From a virus, in the UHGV virus genome UHGV-1455077: a DNA stretch of 64,000 bases. One strand, written 5' to 3'. Of the stretch, positions 39,302 to 48,719 are shown in pieces. The notes beneath the pieces are model-generated. The model had not been told where the DNA came from and searched no databases. It saw only the letters and a program-made list of their open reading frames with translations. Each line of letters begins with the position of its first letter. Within the stretch, counting starts at the first letter, position 1. A program made the position numbers and the translations under genes.

Positions 39302-39931
39302 ATGAAAGAAAATAAAAATGCATTCAATGATGACGTTACAACTATTGTTTTGCACGTTCCATTGTTGCTTGATGATATGCTAGAAGATGTACAGAATAAT
39401 GATGAATCAAAATGTCATTGTGGATGTTCTTGTTGCGTTGATAGTAATGAAGATGATGTTAATATAGATGACTTGATTGGTGATTTAACTTCTTTTGATG
39501 AATTGCTTAATTCACTTTTAAATGATGAACATAATAAGCCATCTGAAAAAAATGAAGAATATAAGCCATCTAAAAAAGAGAAAAAGATGCTGGTTGATTC
39601 TCCTGTTAATGTTACCAAAAATAATAAATGTTATGAAAGTAAAATTATTACGGCTTCTGAATTAAGGAAAAAACAAAAATCAAATACTAATATTAATAGA
39701 GCTATTGATGAAATTATTAAATGTATTGATACACAATTAGTATATGTTGCAGTACATACTAACGAAAATAAATTAGTTGTATGGCTTGATTCAATTAATT
39801 TTCCATCAGTATTTATGTTGACAAATAAAGAACTTAATGAAGTTATTGTTAAAGTTGTTGACCAGTTAAATAAAGTTGGATATGAAACTGAAATTGAAAA
39901 AGATAAGAAAATAATTACTATCAAATGGTAA
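39302..39931 (+). CDS. Hypothetical acidic protein
   Basis: 209 aa; AGGAG RBS. Confidence 0.45.
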   Translation: MKENKNAFNDDVTTIVLHVPLLLDDMLEDVQNNDESKCHCGCSCCVDSNEDDVNIDDLIGDLTSFDELLNSLLNDEHNKPSEKNEEYKPSKKEKKMLVDSPVNVTKNNKCYESKIITASELRKKQKSNTNINRAIDEIIKCIDTQLVYVAVHTNENKLVVWLDSINFPSVFMLTNKELNEVIVKVVDQLNKVGYETEIEKDKKIITIKW

Positions 39932-39938
39932 AAAGTTC

Positions 39939-39987
39939 TTGACAATAAAAATAAATGCTCTATATTTTGTGTATAGAGCATTTTTTA
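39939..39987 (+). promoter_or_regulatory. Promoter TTGACA-N16-TATATT overlapping a terminator hairpin (39957-39987)
   Basis: Stem GCTCTATA/TATAGAGC, loop TTTTGTG, then TTTTTT; the -10 lies in the stem. Confidence 0.5.
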
Positions 39988-40007
39988 TTACTGAAAGGAA
40001 TTTATTA

Positions 40008-40706
40008 ATGGCTGAAATTGAAATTGCTCAATTGATTACAAAGAAAAAAGGGAGAGAGTTAATAAAAACAATACCTCTTGAGAAATTGGATGTACTGGCA
40101 ACAAGGTCTTTAAATTCATTGTCTTCAAGTAAAAATGATAAACGGCATTTAGTATCTATTATGAACAATAGTATGATTGTAAATGTTATGACACAAATTT
40201 CATTACTTTCACTTTTTAATGATACTTGCCCAGAATGTGGTAGAACATTTACACATTATGCATTAATTGATTCATTATCAAAAATTAACGATAAACCAAT
40301 TTATATTTTACTTCCGTGCGTTTCTGATAATGATAATTTTAAGTTTTTTAATAAAGACCATATTATTCCTCGTTCGTGTAATGGCTCTAATACAATGAAT
40401 AATTTGCAATTTATGTGTTTTGATTGTAATAGAAAAAAAAGCTCTATTGTAACATCAAATGAATTAAAATATGGTTGTTATCGGCAAGGAATTTTTAAAA
40501 CAATTATGGATAATAATATTAAGAAAATTAAAATTAAGCAAACAAATACAAAGAGTTCACAAATAATTAACATAACAGAAATTGAACAAGTTAAAGGCGG
40601 ATTGTTTTATTTAATGAGTCCAAATTTTAATACTTATTTTGATTCAAATGGGATTAGTATTGATAAAAAATTTATGATAAGAGGAATATCAAATAATGAA
40701 TACTAA
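40008..40706 (+). CDS. HNH homing endonuclease
   Basis: ATG at 40008 (track starts at TTG 39939); CPECG zinc motif; HNH core DHIIPRSCNGSNTMNNLQFMCFDCNRKK. Confidence 0.7.
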   Translation: MAEIEIAQLITKKKGRELIKTIPLEKLDVLATRSLNSLSSSKNDKRHLVSIMNNSMIVNVMTQISLLSLFNDTCPECGRTFTHYALIDSLSKINDKPIYILLPCVSDNDNFKFFNKDHIIPRSCNGSNTMNNLQFMCFDCNRKKSSIVTSNELKYGCYRQGIFKTIMDNNIKKIKIKQTNTKSSQIINITEIEQVKGGLFYLMSPNFNTYFDSNGISIDKKFMIRGISNNEY

Positions 40707-40980
40707 AATAAAATTTAAGAAATCAGGTATAATTATAAGTGTTCCAACATTTATAGATAAAGATAATGTTTTAAGATTTGAGAAATCATTTAATCCTAAG
40801 CCGTGGAATGAAAGAGAATGGAATGATTTATATCTTCAATGGTTAAGAGGAGAAATTTCCGATGAAGAATATATCATTGCAAGTATTGTTGACGGTGTAT
40901 CTGTTAATTTTATTGATGAAACATTTGGTTGGGAAGGGAATTTAGATATTATTGAAATATTGGGAGATAAAGATGAGTGA
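40696..40980 (+). CDS. Hypothetical protein
   Basis: 94 aa. Confidence 0.4.
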   Translation: MNTKIKFKKSGIIISVPTFIDKDNVLRFEKSFNPKPWNEREWNDLYLQWLRGEISDEEYIIASIVDGVSVNFIDETFGWEGNLDIIEILGDKDE

Positions 40981-41980
40981 TGAATTAGCAGTATTTTCGG
41001 CATTAAAACATCCATTAAAAATTGGAACGAAGTTGGATATTAATAAAAATATGCAACAAACAATAGAAATTGTGGATTGTAAATGGAATGAACAAGAAAA
41101 TATGTATGTTTATAAATGTTTAGTATTATCAGGAAAAAATAATAATACATATAAAACTTTATATTCTACTTCACCACATTATATTAGAAATTATAAAAAT
41201 TTAACAACTGAAATTGAGGAAAAAACGATGATTCAATATACTGTAAAAAGTGATGATATGCCTGCAATAACTAATGATTGCCCTGTATATAATGAAATTG
41301 AAAAAACACCAGAAGATTTTCTGGTAGACATTTATAATAGTTATTTGGAAAGTAATCATTTTAATAAAATGTATGCTAAATTAGAAGATTTGCAACATAT
41401 TTTATATATTGATAAAAATAAAAATTGTATTTTATCTTATGAAGCAAAATTATTTAAATATGATATGACTGTTACATATGGAGAATTTGGAAAAAGTTTA
41501 TGTTATATTCCACGTCAAGATAATTTAATTTTGAAAGATAAATTTATTTGTTATGCATATAAAGATTTTCTAAAAATTATTCAAGAACATTTTTATGAAT
41601 ATAATATGTATGATGAATATAAATTTATATTGGAAAATGATAAACATAAAAATCTTAAAATTGGCGATGAAGTTTATGTAATTCCTTTAGATTGGAAATA
41701 TGGCGTTTATCGTTTGGAAGAATTAACAGATAATTTGGAATTACAAGTAAAAAAATTAATTTATAAAAATGATTTAGAAAAACATTTAAAAAAATATCTT
41801 ATTTCTGAAATTAGTATATATAATAATATATTATGTTTTGGAGTGCAGAATAATACAGAAAATTTCAAAGTACCTTCAAATCTTATATATAGTGTTAATG
41901 AATTTACTGATAATAAAGATATTATTCTTGAAAAAATAATTAATGATGTAATTAAAAATAATCTTAAAAACTCAAAATAA
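40973..41980 (+). CDS. Hypothetical protein
   Basis: ATG at 40973 with GGGAG RBS (track starts at TTG 40952); 335 aa. Confidence 0.45.
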   Translation: MSDELAVFSALKHPLKIGTKLDINKNMQQTIEIVDCKWNEQENMYVYKCLVLSGKNNNTYKTLYSTSPHYIRNYKNLTTEIEEKTMIQYTVKSDDMPAITNDCPVYNEIEKTPEDFLVDIYNSYLESNHFNKMYAKLEDLQHILYIDKNKNCILSYEAKLFKYDMTVTYGEFGKSLCYIPRQDNLILKDKFICYAYKDFLKIIQEHFYEYNMYDEYKFILENDKHKNLKIGDEVYVIPLDWKYGVYRLEELTDNLELQVKKLIYKNDLEKHLKKYLISEISIYNNILCFGVQNNTENFKVPSNLIYSVNEFTDNKDIILEKIINDVIKNNLKNSK

Positions 41981-42006
41981 TAATTAATATTTATGGAGAA
42001 AAATTT

Positions 42007-43242
42007 ATGGCAAATTTTGAATGTAAAATTGTTAAAATTGAAAAGAAAGCAAATCATCCTAACGCTGACCGTTTGACAATTTATAATATTGGTGGATATA
42101 ATTGTATTTCTAATAAATTGCCAGATGGTTCTGACCGTTATGATATTGGAGATTTGGTTGTCTATATTCCAGAAAATGCTTTGCTTCCTGAATGGTTGCT
42201 TAAGAAAATGGATTTTTGGAATGAAGAAAAAGGTAAGGGTATTCTTGCTGGTAAAGAAGGAAATAGAGTAAAACCATTGAAACTTCGTGGAATTTTTTCT
42301 GAAGGTGTTCTTTATCCTTGCTTGACAATGAGAGAATATGAAGAAGGATTTAGTGTTGATGAGGTTGTTAAATCTTATGGATATGATGAAAATACTAAAT
42401 TCGTATTTCAGGAAAAATCAGCAGAAGGATATGTTGGTTTTACGCCTGCTGTTGAAGGAATAGATGTTGCAGATTTTCTTGGAATTACAAAATATGAACC
42501 AATAATTCCTGCAAAAATGAGTGGTGAAATTTTTAATGGTGGAACTGAAATTGTTGTTCCTTATGATGTTGAACCTATTCAGAAGTATATGGATGCTTTT
42601 GTTGAAGGAGAAATGTTTGAAGCAACAGAAAAAATTCACGGAACTCAAACTCGTTTTATCTTTACTAAAGGTAATGTAAATGAAGAAACTTTTGGTGAAA
42701 ATAAAGATATTTATATTGCTTCAAAGGGTCAGGGAGATAAAGGTTTATTCTTTAAAAATAATCTTTCTAACTCAAATTCTTATTATGTTAGAGCATTTAA
42801 GCTTAATAATATTGAAGAAAAAGTTATTAATTCTGAATTGTATAAAAGTTCTGATATGTTGACTTTGTTTGGTGAAACATATGGTATGCAGGATTTGAAA
42901 TATGGTTTGGAAAATGGACACATTGGGTATCGTTTGTTTGATGTATATGTTGGCAAACCTCGTCAAGGTCGTTTTCTGAATTATGAAGAATGTAAATCAT
43001 TTGCTGAAGAACTTGGAATTGAACGTGTTCCTTCATTGTATATTGGTGAATATTCTTTTGATAAAGTTATGGAATTGACAAGTGGTAAAACAACTCTTGG
43101 TAAAAATAAAGACCAAATTAGAGAAGGTGTTGTTATCCGTCCTTTGAATGAAAGATATGTTGAAGAACTTGGTCGTGTATTTTTGAAATCAGTTTCAGAA
43201 GCATATAAACTTCGTAAAGGTGAAACAACTGAATATAATTAA
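42007..43242 (+). CDS. RNA ligase (Rnl2-like nucleotidyltransferase) fused to an N-terminal tRNA-binding OB-fold domain
   Basis: N-terminal IVKIEKKANHPNADRLTIYNIGG...GDLVVYIPENALLP = tRNA_bind (Myf/Trbp111-like); Rnl2 motif I EKIHGTQ, GETYG, EGVVIRP, KSVSEAYKLRK. Confidence 0.65.
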   Translation: MANFECKIVKIEKKANHPNADRLTIYNIGGYNCISNKLPDGSDRYDIGDLVVYIPENALLPEWLLKKMDFWNEEKGKGILAGKEGNRVKPLKLRGIFSEGVLYPCLTMREYEEGFSVDEVVKSYGYDENTKFVFQEKSAEGYVGFTPAVEGIDVADFLGITKYEPIIPAKMSGEIFNGGTEIVVPYDVEPIQKYMDAFVEGEMFEATEKIHGTQTRFIFTKGNVNEETFGENKDIYIASKGQGDKGLFFKNNLSNSNSYYVRAFKLNNIEEKVINSELYKSSDMLTLFGETYGMQDLKYGLENGHIGYRLFDVYVGKPRQGRFLNYEECKSFAEELGIERVPSLYIGEYSFDKVMELTSGKTTLGKNKDQIREGVVIRPLNERYVEELGRVFLKSVSEAYKLRKGETTEYN

Positions 43243-43252
43243 AGGTTAATTA

Positions 43253-43969
43253 ATGAGAAGTGATATTTTTGAACATCGTATGGTTTTAGGTACGGCTAGT
43301 ATTCCCTACCTAAAACCAGATTTAGAAGATATTAAAAACGTATGTTTTGATGTTATTCAAACAAATTCTGATGTAAAAAATAATGTATGGGGAAACCCAA
43401 CAATTAATTTTTGTGGTATCTGCTTTATATTGGTAAAATATCAATATAAATTTAATAGTTATGAAAGTGATAATCCTTATATGGAATACGAATATAAAGG
43501 AATGGGAATTGCATCTGATTTAACTTTATTTGCATCAGATAAAAAATTAAAATATATTGTTTCTAATTATGAAAATTTAAAATATCATCCAATATCATAT
43601 ACAAATACTGTTCAGACATTAAATGGATATAATGTATGGACGACAGAGCCAACTATTTGGGTAGATAAAACAGAAATTAAAGAAACTAAAAAAGAAGTTA
43701 AGTTTGAGAAATTATCAAATTCTGAAAAATTGTTAATTGATTTGGTTAAATCAATTATTGATAAAAATTTTTCAGATATATTTTATGCGATAAATGAATA
43801 TCGTATATCTCAATATAATAAAGGAAAATTAAAAAATACAAAATTTCCGTTTCATAAAATACATTTAGATGGGATTGATAATTTTTTAGAAAATATTAAG
43901 GAAAATTATCAAAATTTTTCAAATTTTAAAAAATATTGTGATTTTGTTTTCTTTTATCTTGACAAATGA
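43253..43969 (+). CDS. Hypothetical protein
   Basis: 238 aa. Confidence 0.45.
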   Translation: MRSDIFEHRMVLGTASIPYLKPDLEDIKNVCFDVIQTNSDVKNNVWGNPTINFCGICFILVKYQYKFNSYESDNPYMEYEYKGMGIASDLTLFASDKKLKYIVSNYENLKYHPISYTNTVQTLNGYNVWTTEPTIWVDKTEIKETKKEVKFEKLSNSEKLLIDLVKSIIDKNFSDIFYAINEYRISQYNKGKLKNTKFPFHKIHLDGIDNFLENIKENYQNFSNFKKYCDFVFFYLDK

Positions 43970-44001
43970 TAAAATAATGTTATAAAAATATTGTATATAA
44001 T
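43959..44001 (+). promoter_or_regulatory. Promoter region: TTGACA-N16-TATAAA, plus a downstream extended -10 TGTATATAAT
   Basis: Upstream of ORF 44023, which has a GGAG RBS. Confidence 0.45.
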
Positions 44002-44022
44002 TTAATATTATGGAGAAAAATA

Positions 44023-44718
44023 ATGAATAAAATTAAAAGTTTGTTTAATCATATTTTGAATATTCTTGGAACTATTGTTTCATTGCTAACATTTGGAATT
44101 ATTAAACTTAATAAAACACTTCGGGCAGAATATCAAATTGAATTGTTGCAGAAGAAACAAGCAGATTTTGAAATGAAAAGAAAAGAAAATATGGATTCAT
44201 TGGTAGAGTATGTTGCCAATAGAGCCAGTTATAAAAATAAGTTGAAAAAATTGTCAACGGAACGAGAACAGATTTTAGATAATCTTGAAAAAGCTAAAGA
44301 TAAAAATGATAAAATTTTATTTGCTAAATATGCTATTCAATTAAATACAAATAAAGCAATTATGAATGATACAAATAGTTGTTTGAAAAATTGTGAAGAT
44401 ACTATTACAAGGTTTGAAAATCAGAATTTGCAGTATGATTTACTTATTGAAAAACAAAAAAGTGATATTGCTATTATCAAATCTAATAAAGATAGTGTTG
44501 AAATGAGAAAAGCAAGTAATAAATTAAATAGAGAATTGTATATGCCAGATGGAACTGATAATACATTTAATATTGATGAAATTAAAGAAAAATATCAGGA
44601 TGAGCTTATTAAAGAAGAAGCAAAATCTGAATTGATTGAAAAATTTGTACCATTGGTTGATGTTAATGAATTTTCTTCGTTGGAAGATATGGAAAAGTTT
44701 ATTGAAGAAAATAAATAA
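44023..44718 (+). CDS. Membrane-anchored coiled-coil protein
   Basis: N-terminal TM (ILGTIVSLLTFGII) followed by a long coiled coil. Confidence 0.45.
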   Translation: MNKIKSLFNHILNILGTIVSLLTFGIIKLNKTLRAEYQIELLQKKQADFEMKRKENMDSLVEYVANRASYKNKLKKLSTEREQILDNLEKAKDKNDKILFAKYAIQLNTNKAIMNDTNSCLKNCEDTITRFENQNLQYDLLIEKQKSDIAIIKSNKDSVEMRKASNKLNRELYMPDGTDNTFNIDEIKEKYQDELIKEEAKSELIEKFVPLVDVNEFSSLEDMEKFIEENK

Positions 44719-44728
44719 TTAACTTTCT

Positions 44729-44758
44729 TTTAAGGGGGAACAACCCCCCTTAAAATTT
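44729..44758 (+). terminator. GC-rich hairpin, candidate terminator
   Basis: TTAAGGGGG-AACAA-CCCCCCTTAA; weak U-tract. Confidence 0.4.
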
Positions 44759-44773
44759 CAAAGGATAAAATTT

Positions 44774-45235
44774 ATGAATAAAGAACATAAAAAAATTGTT
44801 AACATTTTGATAAAAGATTTAAAAAATTGTGATTATGATGAGCAATATTTATATAATATGTTAATGAAATATAAAATGTCCTGTGTTGAAAAAATGGTTG
44901 ATGTTGAAGAAAATATCAGATATTATTTTAATAATTATGAAATTCGTTATTTAAAATCAATTTATCAATCAAAAAATAATACTGTTAAATTTAATGAATG
45001 GGTCGCAAAAATTTTTGGATTTGAATATAAAAAAAGAATAAACTGGCAGGGAAACATATTATCATATTTAATGTCGTTATTAATAATGTTGTGTGCTTTA
45101 ATACCGACAGTAATAATGATAATTTGTAATTTACCACCAGTATTATTGTTTATATTTTTACTTTTACAAGTATTTTTGCTGTATGTAACAAATGAAATAA
45201 TTACGGGAGATATATTTTACAATGAAAGAGTTTAA
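44774..45235 (+). CDS. Membrane protein
   Basis: C-terminal multi-TM region. Confidence 0.4.
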   Translation: MNKEHKKIVNILIKDLKNCDYDEQYLYNMLMKYKMSCVEKMVDVEENIRYYFNNYEIRYLKSIYQSKNNTVKFNEWVAKIFGFEYKKRINWQGNILSYLMSLLIMLCALIPTVIMIICNLPPVLLFIFLLLQVFLLYVTNEIITGDIFYNERV

Positions 45236-45593
45236 TATAAATGAGTTATTTGATAACGCAAAACAAGATAATAAATTTAATAAAGAAAAAAGTTTAAAAG
45301 AAACATTAATTTATTGTATTACATCAATGCAAGAACATTCAAATTATATGGATGGAATTAATAAAGCTTTAAAGTGTTGTGATTTAATAGGTATTGATGA
45401 TAAATTGTATTCAGTTATTGGGGCATTAATGGAAAAATTGGTTACACCAGAAGGTTATGATTTAATAACTTGGTGGTTATATGAAGATGTTGACCATAAA
45501 TTATATTCAGTAAAGACAGATGAGGTGCTTGCTGATTTGAATAAAATAGAAGATTTGGTTGAATATATCATAGAAAATTATATTAATAAATAA
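45222..45593 (+). CDS. Hypothetical protein
   Basis: 123 aa. Confidence 0.4.
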   Translation: MKEFNINELFDNAKQDNKFNKEKSLKETLIYCITSMQEHSNYMDGINKALKCCDLIGIDDKLYSVIGALMEKLVTPEGYDLITWWLYEDVDHKLYSVKTDEVLADLNKIEDLVEYIIENYINK

Positions 45594-45611
45594 AAAATCC
45601 CTTGACAAATA

Positions 45612-45647
45612 AAATCCTTATGTTAAATTATGAACATAAGGATTTTT
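45612..45647 (+). terminator. Rho-independent terminator whose 3' arm contains the AAGGA Shine-Dalgarno of the next gene
   Basis: 13-bp stem AAATCCTTATGTT/AACATAAGGATTT then TT; ATG 45653 lies 10 nt after AAGGA. Confidence 0.6.
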
Positions 45648-45652
45648 AATTT

Positions 45653-45937
45653 ATGGAGATGCTTATGAAAAGATTAAAAGTTAAAATTAAAGAAATTGAT
45701 TTAAACGATGTTAATATTGGAGATACTGTTTTTGATGGTGTTAAACATATGAAAGTAAGATTGATTGATAAAATCAATGACAATATGTTTTCATTAAGTG
45801 TTTCTCCAGTAACTTATGCTGGAGAAAAGTATTGGGTAAAAAGAACTTACAATGTTGAAGGTAAGATTCTTAATGAAGGATATGAAAATAACATTATTGA
45901 AATTAGGAAGGATAAAAGAAATGTTAGAAAAAATTAA
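45653..45937 (+). CDS. Hypothetical protein
   Basis: 94 aa; alternative ATG at 45665 preceded by GGAG. Confidence 0.4.
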   Translation: MEMLMKRLKVKIKEIDLNDVNIGDTVFDGVKHMKVRLIDKINDNMFSLSVSPVTYAGEKYWVKRTYNVEGKILNEGYENNIIEIRKDKRNVRKN

Positions 45938-46148
45938 AAGTTTGGTTGCTAATTTTGGATTGAAATGTGGAGATGCATTTCACAGAATGATGACTTATCC
46001 AGATGAAGCAAAGAAATGGGCAATGATTGGTGTTGATATTTACATTGTTATTGTTGTTTTGATGTTCTTTGCTGAAATTTTAAAAGTTGCTCTATTGGGT
46101 GGATTGATTTATTTCTTGATTTGGTTTATTAAAAAACATTCTTTGTAA
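45921..46148 (+). CDS. Small two-TM membrane protein (holin-like size class)
   Basis: ATG 45921 with AGGAAGGA RBS (track starts at 45852); 75 aa; two hydrophobic helices. Confidence 0.4.
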   Translation: MLEKIKSLVANFGLKCGDAFHRMMTYPDEAKKWAMIGVDIYIVIVVLMFFAEILKVALLGGLIYFLIWFIKKHSL

Positions 46149-46156
46149 ACATTTAA

Positions 46157-46498
46157 GTGGATGAAAAAATGGTAAAATGTGTAAGATTTTATTCAAGAAG
46201 ATATGCAGATAATTGTCGTATTGAAATTGCTAAATCTGAAACTGGTAACTGGTTTACTCGACAATGGGAATGGACAAAATATGGATATTCTTGTTCTACT
46301 TGGAGTAAATTAGGAAATCTTGTTAAGGTAAATCGTGTAAAATTAAAATGGGAAAATCTCAATGGTAACGAATTAAAAGAACACATACTAGAATTTTATT
46401 TTAAAAATGAAGAAAGCCGTTTTAACCCTACCAAAGTTTTAAGTTTTCATTTACAAGATAAAAGCCAAGGCAAATTAAATTATCGTTTACCATATTAA
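46157..46498 (+). CDS. Hypothetical protein
   Basis: 113 aa; GTG at 46157 or ATG at 46169. Confidence 0.4.
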   Translation: MDEKMVKCVRFYSRRYADNCRIEIAKSETGNWFTRQWEWTKYGYSCSTWSKLGNLVKVNRVKLKWENLNGNELKEHILEFYFKNEESRFNPTKVLSFHLQDKSQGKLNYRLPY

Positions 46499-46512
46499 AA
46501 AGGAAAATTAAA

Positions 46513-47214
46513 ATGTTAATAGTTGATAATTTTGATAAAGTTAAAAATGTTGTTCAATGGAAGCCTGAACAAACTTATTATAAATTTGTTGCTTTAATAA
46601 GAGCAAAGGATTATAAAGATGGTGAATTTCCTGTTTTTCTTGATAAAGAAAAACAAGAATGTTTTGTTCGTCAATGGCTTGTTGATAATGAAGAATATTT
46701 TGAGCGTGTAAAGGAAGATATGAAAACTGTTGTTGAAATGTTTAAGTGTCGTTTATATATGACACTTGATAGAAAATCAACAATGAAAACATTAATAGCC
46801 GCTCGTGATGTTATAAATCGTCAATTAGATTCTTATTTAGGCGTTAAAGAACCACAAGTTTCGGTTAAAATGTTTAATAAACTTGTTCCATCTGTAACTC
46901 AATTAGCTGAATCTTCTGACCGAGATGGTCGTAGATGGATGTTTGATGTTGATACAAAAGATGTTAATGTATTAAATGTTGTCAAGAAATTATGTGGTGA
47001 ATTTTATCTTGAAACTTTTGAAACTAAAAATGGTTATCACGTTGTTGCAGATAAAAAATTTGATGCAAATGCCAGACTTCAATGTGTTAAACATAGAGGT
47101 AAATTAAGAGATTTTGATATGTCATTATATAGTAATGAAGAAAGTGAATTGCTTGAAAATTCAGAAGTTGAAGTAAAAGCTAATTCATTAATTCTTGTTG
47201 CAATGGGAAAATAA
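46513..47214 (+). CDS. Hypothetical protein
   Basis: 233 aa. Confidence 0.45.
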   Translation: MLIVDNFDKVKNVVQWKPEQTYYKFVALIRAKDYKDGEFPVFLDKEKQECFVRQWLVDNEEYFERVKEDMKTVVEMFKCRLYMTLDRKSTMKTLIAARDVINRQLDSYLGVKEPQVSVKMFNKLVPSVTQLAESSDRDGRRWMFDVDTKDVNVLNVVKKLCGEFYLETFETKNGYHVVADKKFDANARLQCVKHRGKLRDFDMSLYSNEESELLENSEVEVKANSLILVAMGK

Positions 47215-47216
47215 AA

Positions 47217-47531
47217 ATGAAATTTTATCATCCTTTTATTAAACAATTTCATATTAAATTTGATTTAACGATATGGGAAAATGAAAAACTGGTATGGTTA
47301 AATAATTTTATAATTCCAGAAAAATATTGTAGAAATAGAATTGGTACAGTAATTATGGAAGAATTTTGTAAATGGCTTGATGAAAATAAAATGAATAGCA
47401 AACTTTTAATTTCAAACTGTTATGGAACACCAGAAGATATTTTAATTAAATTTTATTCACGATTTAATTATAATATTGAAGAAAAGAAAACAAAAAATAT
47501 TTATATGATAAGGAATTTTACAAATGCTTAG
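47217..47531 (+). CDS. Hypothetical protein (possible GNAT-like)
   Basis: 104 aa; RNRIGTVIMEEF loosely resembles GNAT motif A. Confidence 0.3.
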   Translation: MKFYHPFIKQFHIKFDLTIWENEKLVWLNNFIIPEKYCRNRIGTVIMEEFCKWLDENKMNSKLLISNCYGTPEDILIKFYSRFNYNIEEKKTKNIYMIRNFTNA

Positions 47532-47949
47532 AGAAAAGCCTGTTAAATTTAGATTTTATGATTCTAAAGAGAAACAATTATTGTATCCTGAAAATACCTC
47601 AACAGCCAATGATATTTATTATATGGTTGATGGAGAACAAAGAACAATTGGTTATTTGTTTTCACATTCTGAAAGATTTGAACCAAATCAGCTTGTATAT
47701 GAAGATGGTGCTTTAGCTGTTTTTGAAAATGATTTTATTGTTTATATTGATGAAAATGGTAATGATACTGACTTTGAATCTATTGTAAGAGAATTTGGTG
47801 AAGTTGAATTATTGGAAGGATATGCAGATTTTGATTTGACTTCAATCAAATATATTAATGAGTTAGGTTTGGATTTTTATATTGGTGGTAATGTATACGA
47901 GGATGAAAAATATAAAGAATTTGAAAATATTGAGGTGAATAATGAATAA
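47524..47949 (+). CDS. Hypothetical acidic protein
   Basis: 141 aa. Confidence 0.4.
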   Translation: MLREKPVKFRFYDSKEKQLLYPENTSTANDIYYMVDGEQRTIGYLFSHSERFEPNQLVYEDGALAVFENDFIVYIDENGNDTDFESIVREFGEVELLEGYADFDLTSIKYINELGLDFYIGGNVYEDEKYKEFENIEVNNE

Positions 47950-48289
47950 TAAAGAATGGAAAGAATATCTTGATAATAAAAATAAAGTATGTAAATATTA
48001 TGGCGAATTTGCTGAATATATACAACAAAATTTTGACCCATATTTTGGAACTGGTATTGCCGATGGAGAGGAATATAATTTACCACAATTTTCTGTTGAA
48101 CTAAGTGCAGTTAGAAGGGGTAACTGTACTGGATACTTAAATATTCACGCTAAAGATGAAGAACAAGTTCGTAATATTATTAGACAGCAAAAATATGATT
48201 ATGATGATATTGATTGGTGTGAGGAAGATTGTTGGGATTATGAGGATATTAAAATAGAATCTATTTCATTATTGACGGATTTGGAGTAA
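47942..48289 (+). CDS. Hypothetical protein
   Basis: 115 aa. Confidence 0.4.
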   Translation: MNNKEWKEYLDNKNKVCKYYGEFAEYIQQNFDPYFGTGIADGEEYNLPQFSVELSAVRRGNCTGYLNIHAKDEEQVRNIIRQQKYDYDDIDWCEEDCWDYEDIKIESISLLTDLE

Positions 48290-48294
48290 AAAAT

Positions 48295-48630
48295 ATGTAT
48301 GAAGTTAAAATTGCTAAAATAAATATGTTTGCTGAAGAATCTATCAATGAAATGTTTTCACAATTAGGAGAAATTCCACAATTAAATGTTACAATTGATT
48401 TTCATAATGAGCAAATATATAAGATATTTGTATTAAAAACTATTTCAACTTATATTGAACAAGTAATGCCAAATGTTTTAAATAGTTATGTTGCTTATTT
48501 AATTTATGAAAAATTGTTAGAAAAACATCCAGAATTAAAAGACGAAATAGTTAAAATTATGGAAAGTTTAGACAGTAATAAAGTACAAACGGAATTTAAG
48601 AAAAATATTTTACCATTGCCAAAGGATTAA
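48295..48630 (+). CDS. Hypothetical protein
   Basis: 111 aa. Confidence 0.4.
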   Translation: MYEVKIAKINMFAEESINEMFSQLGEIPQLNVTIDFHNEQIYKIFVLKTISTYIEQVMPNVLNSYVAYLIYEKLLEKHPELKDEIVKIMESLDSNKVQTEFKKNILPLPKD

Positions 48631-48639
48631 AAAATATTA

Positions 48640-48677
48640 AAAAGATGTGATAATAATATTGCATCTTTTTTTCTTTT
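48640..48677 (+). terminator. Rho-independent terminator
   Basis: Stem AAAGATG(TG)/(GC)ATCTTT with an A/T loop, then TTTTTTCTTTT. Confidence 0.55.
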
Positions 48678-48719
48678 ACCTCATAATAAATTTACTTATT
48701 ATGAAAAAGGAAAAAGAGA

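Noticed and set aside
45602-45630. TTGACA -35-like hexamer upstream of ORF 45653
   Set aside because: Its candidate -10 (TAAATT) is weak and lies inside the terminator stem. Kept only as a low-probability alternative.
45852-46148. Long ORF starting at 45852
   Set aside because: It overlaps the preceding gene by 86 nt with no RBS. An internal ATG at 45921 has a strong AGGAAGGA RBS and yields a compact two-TM protein.
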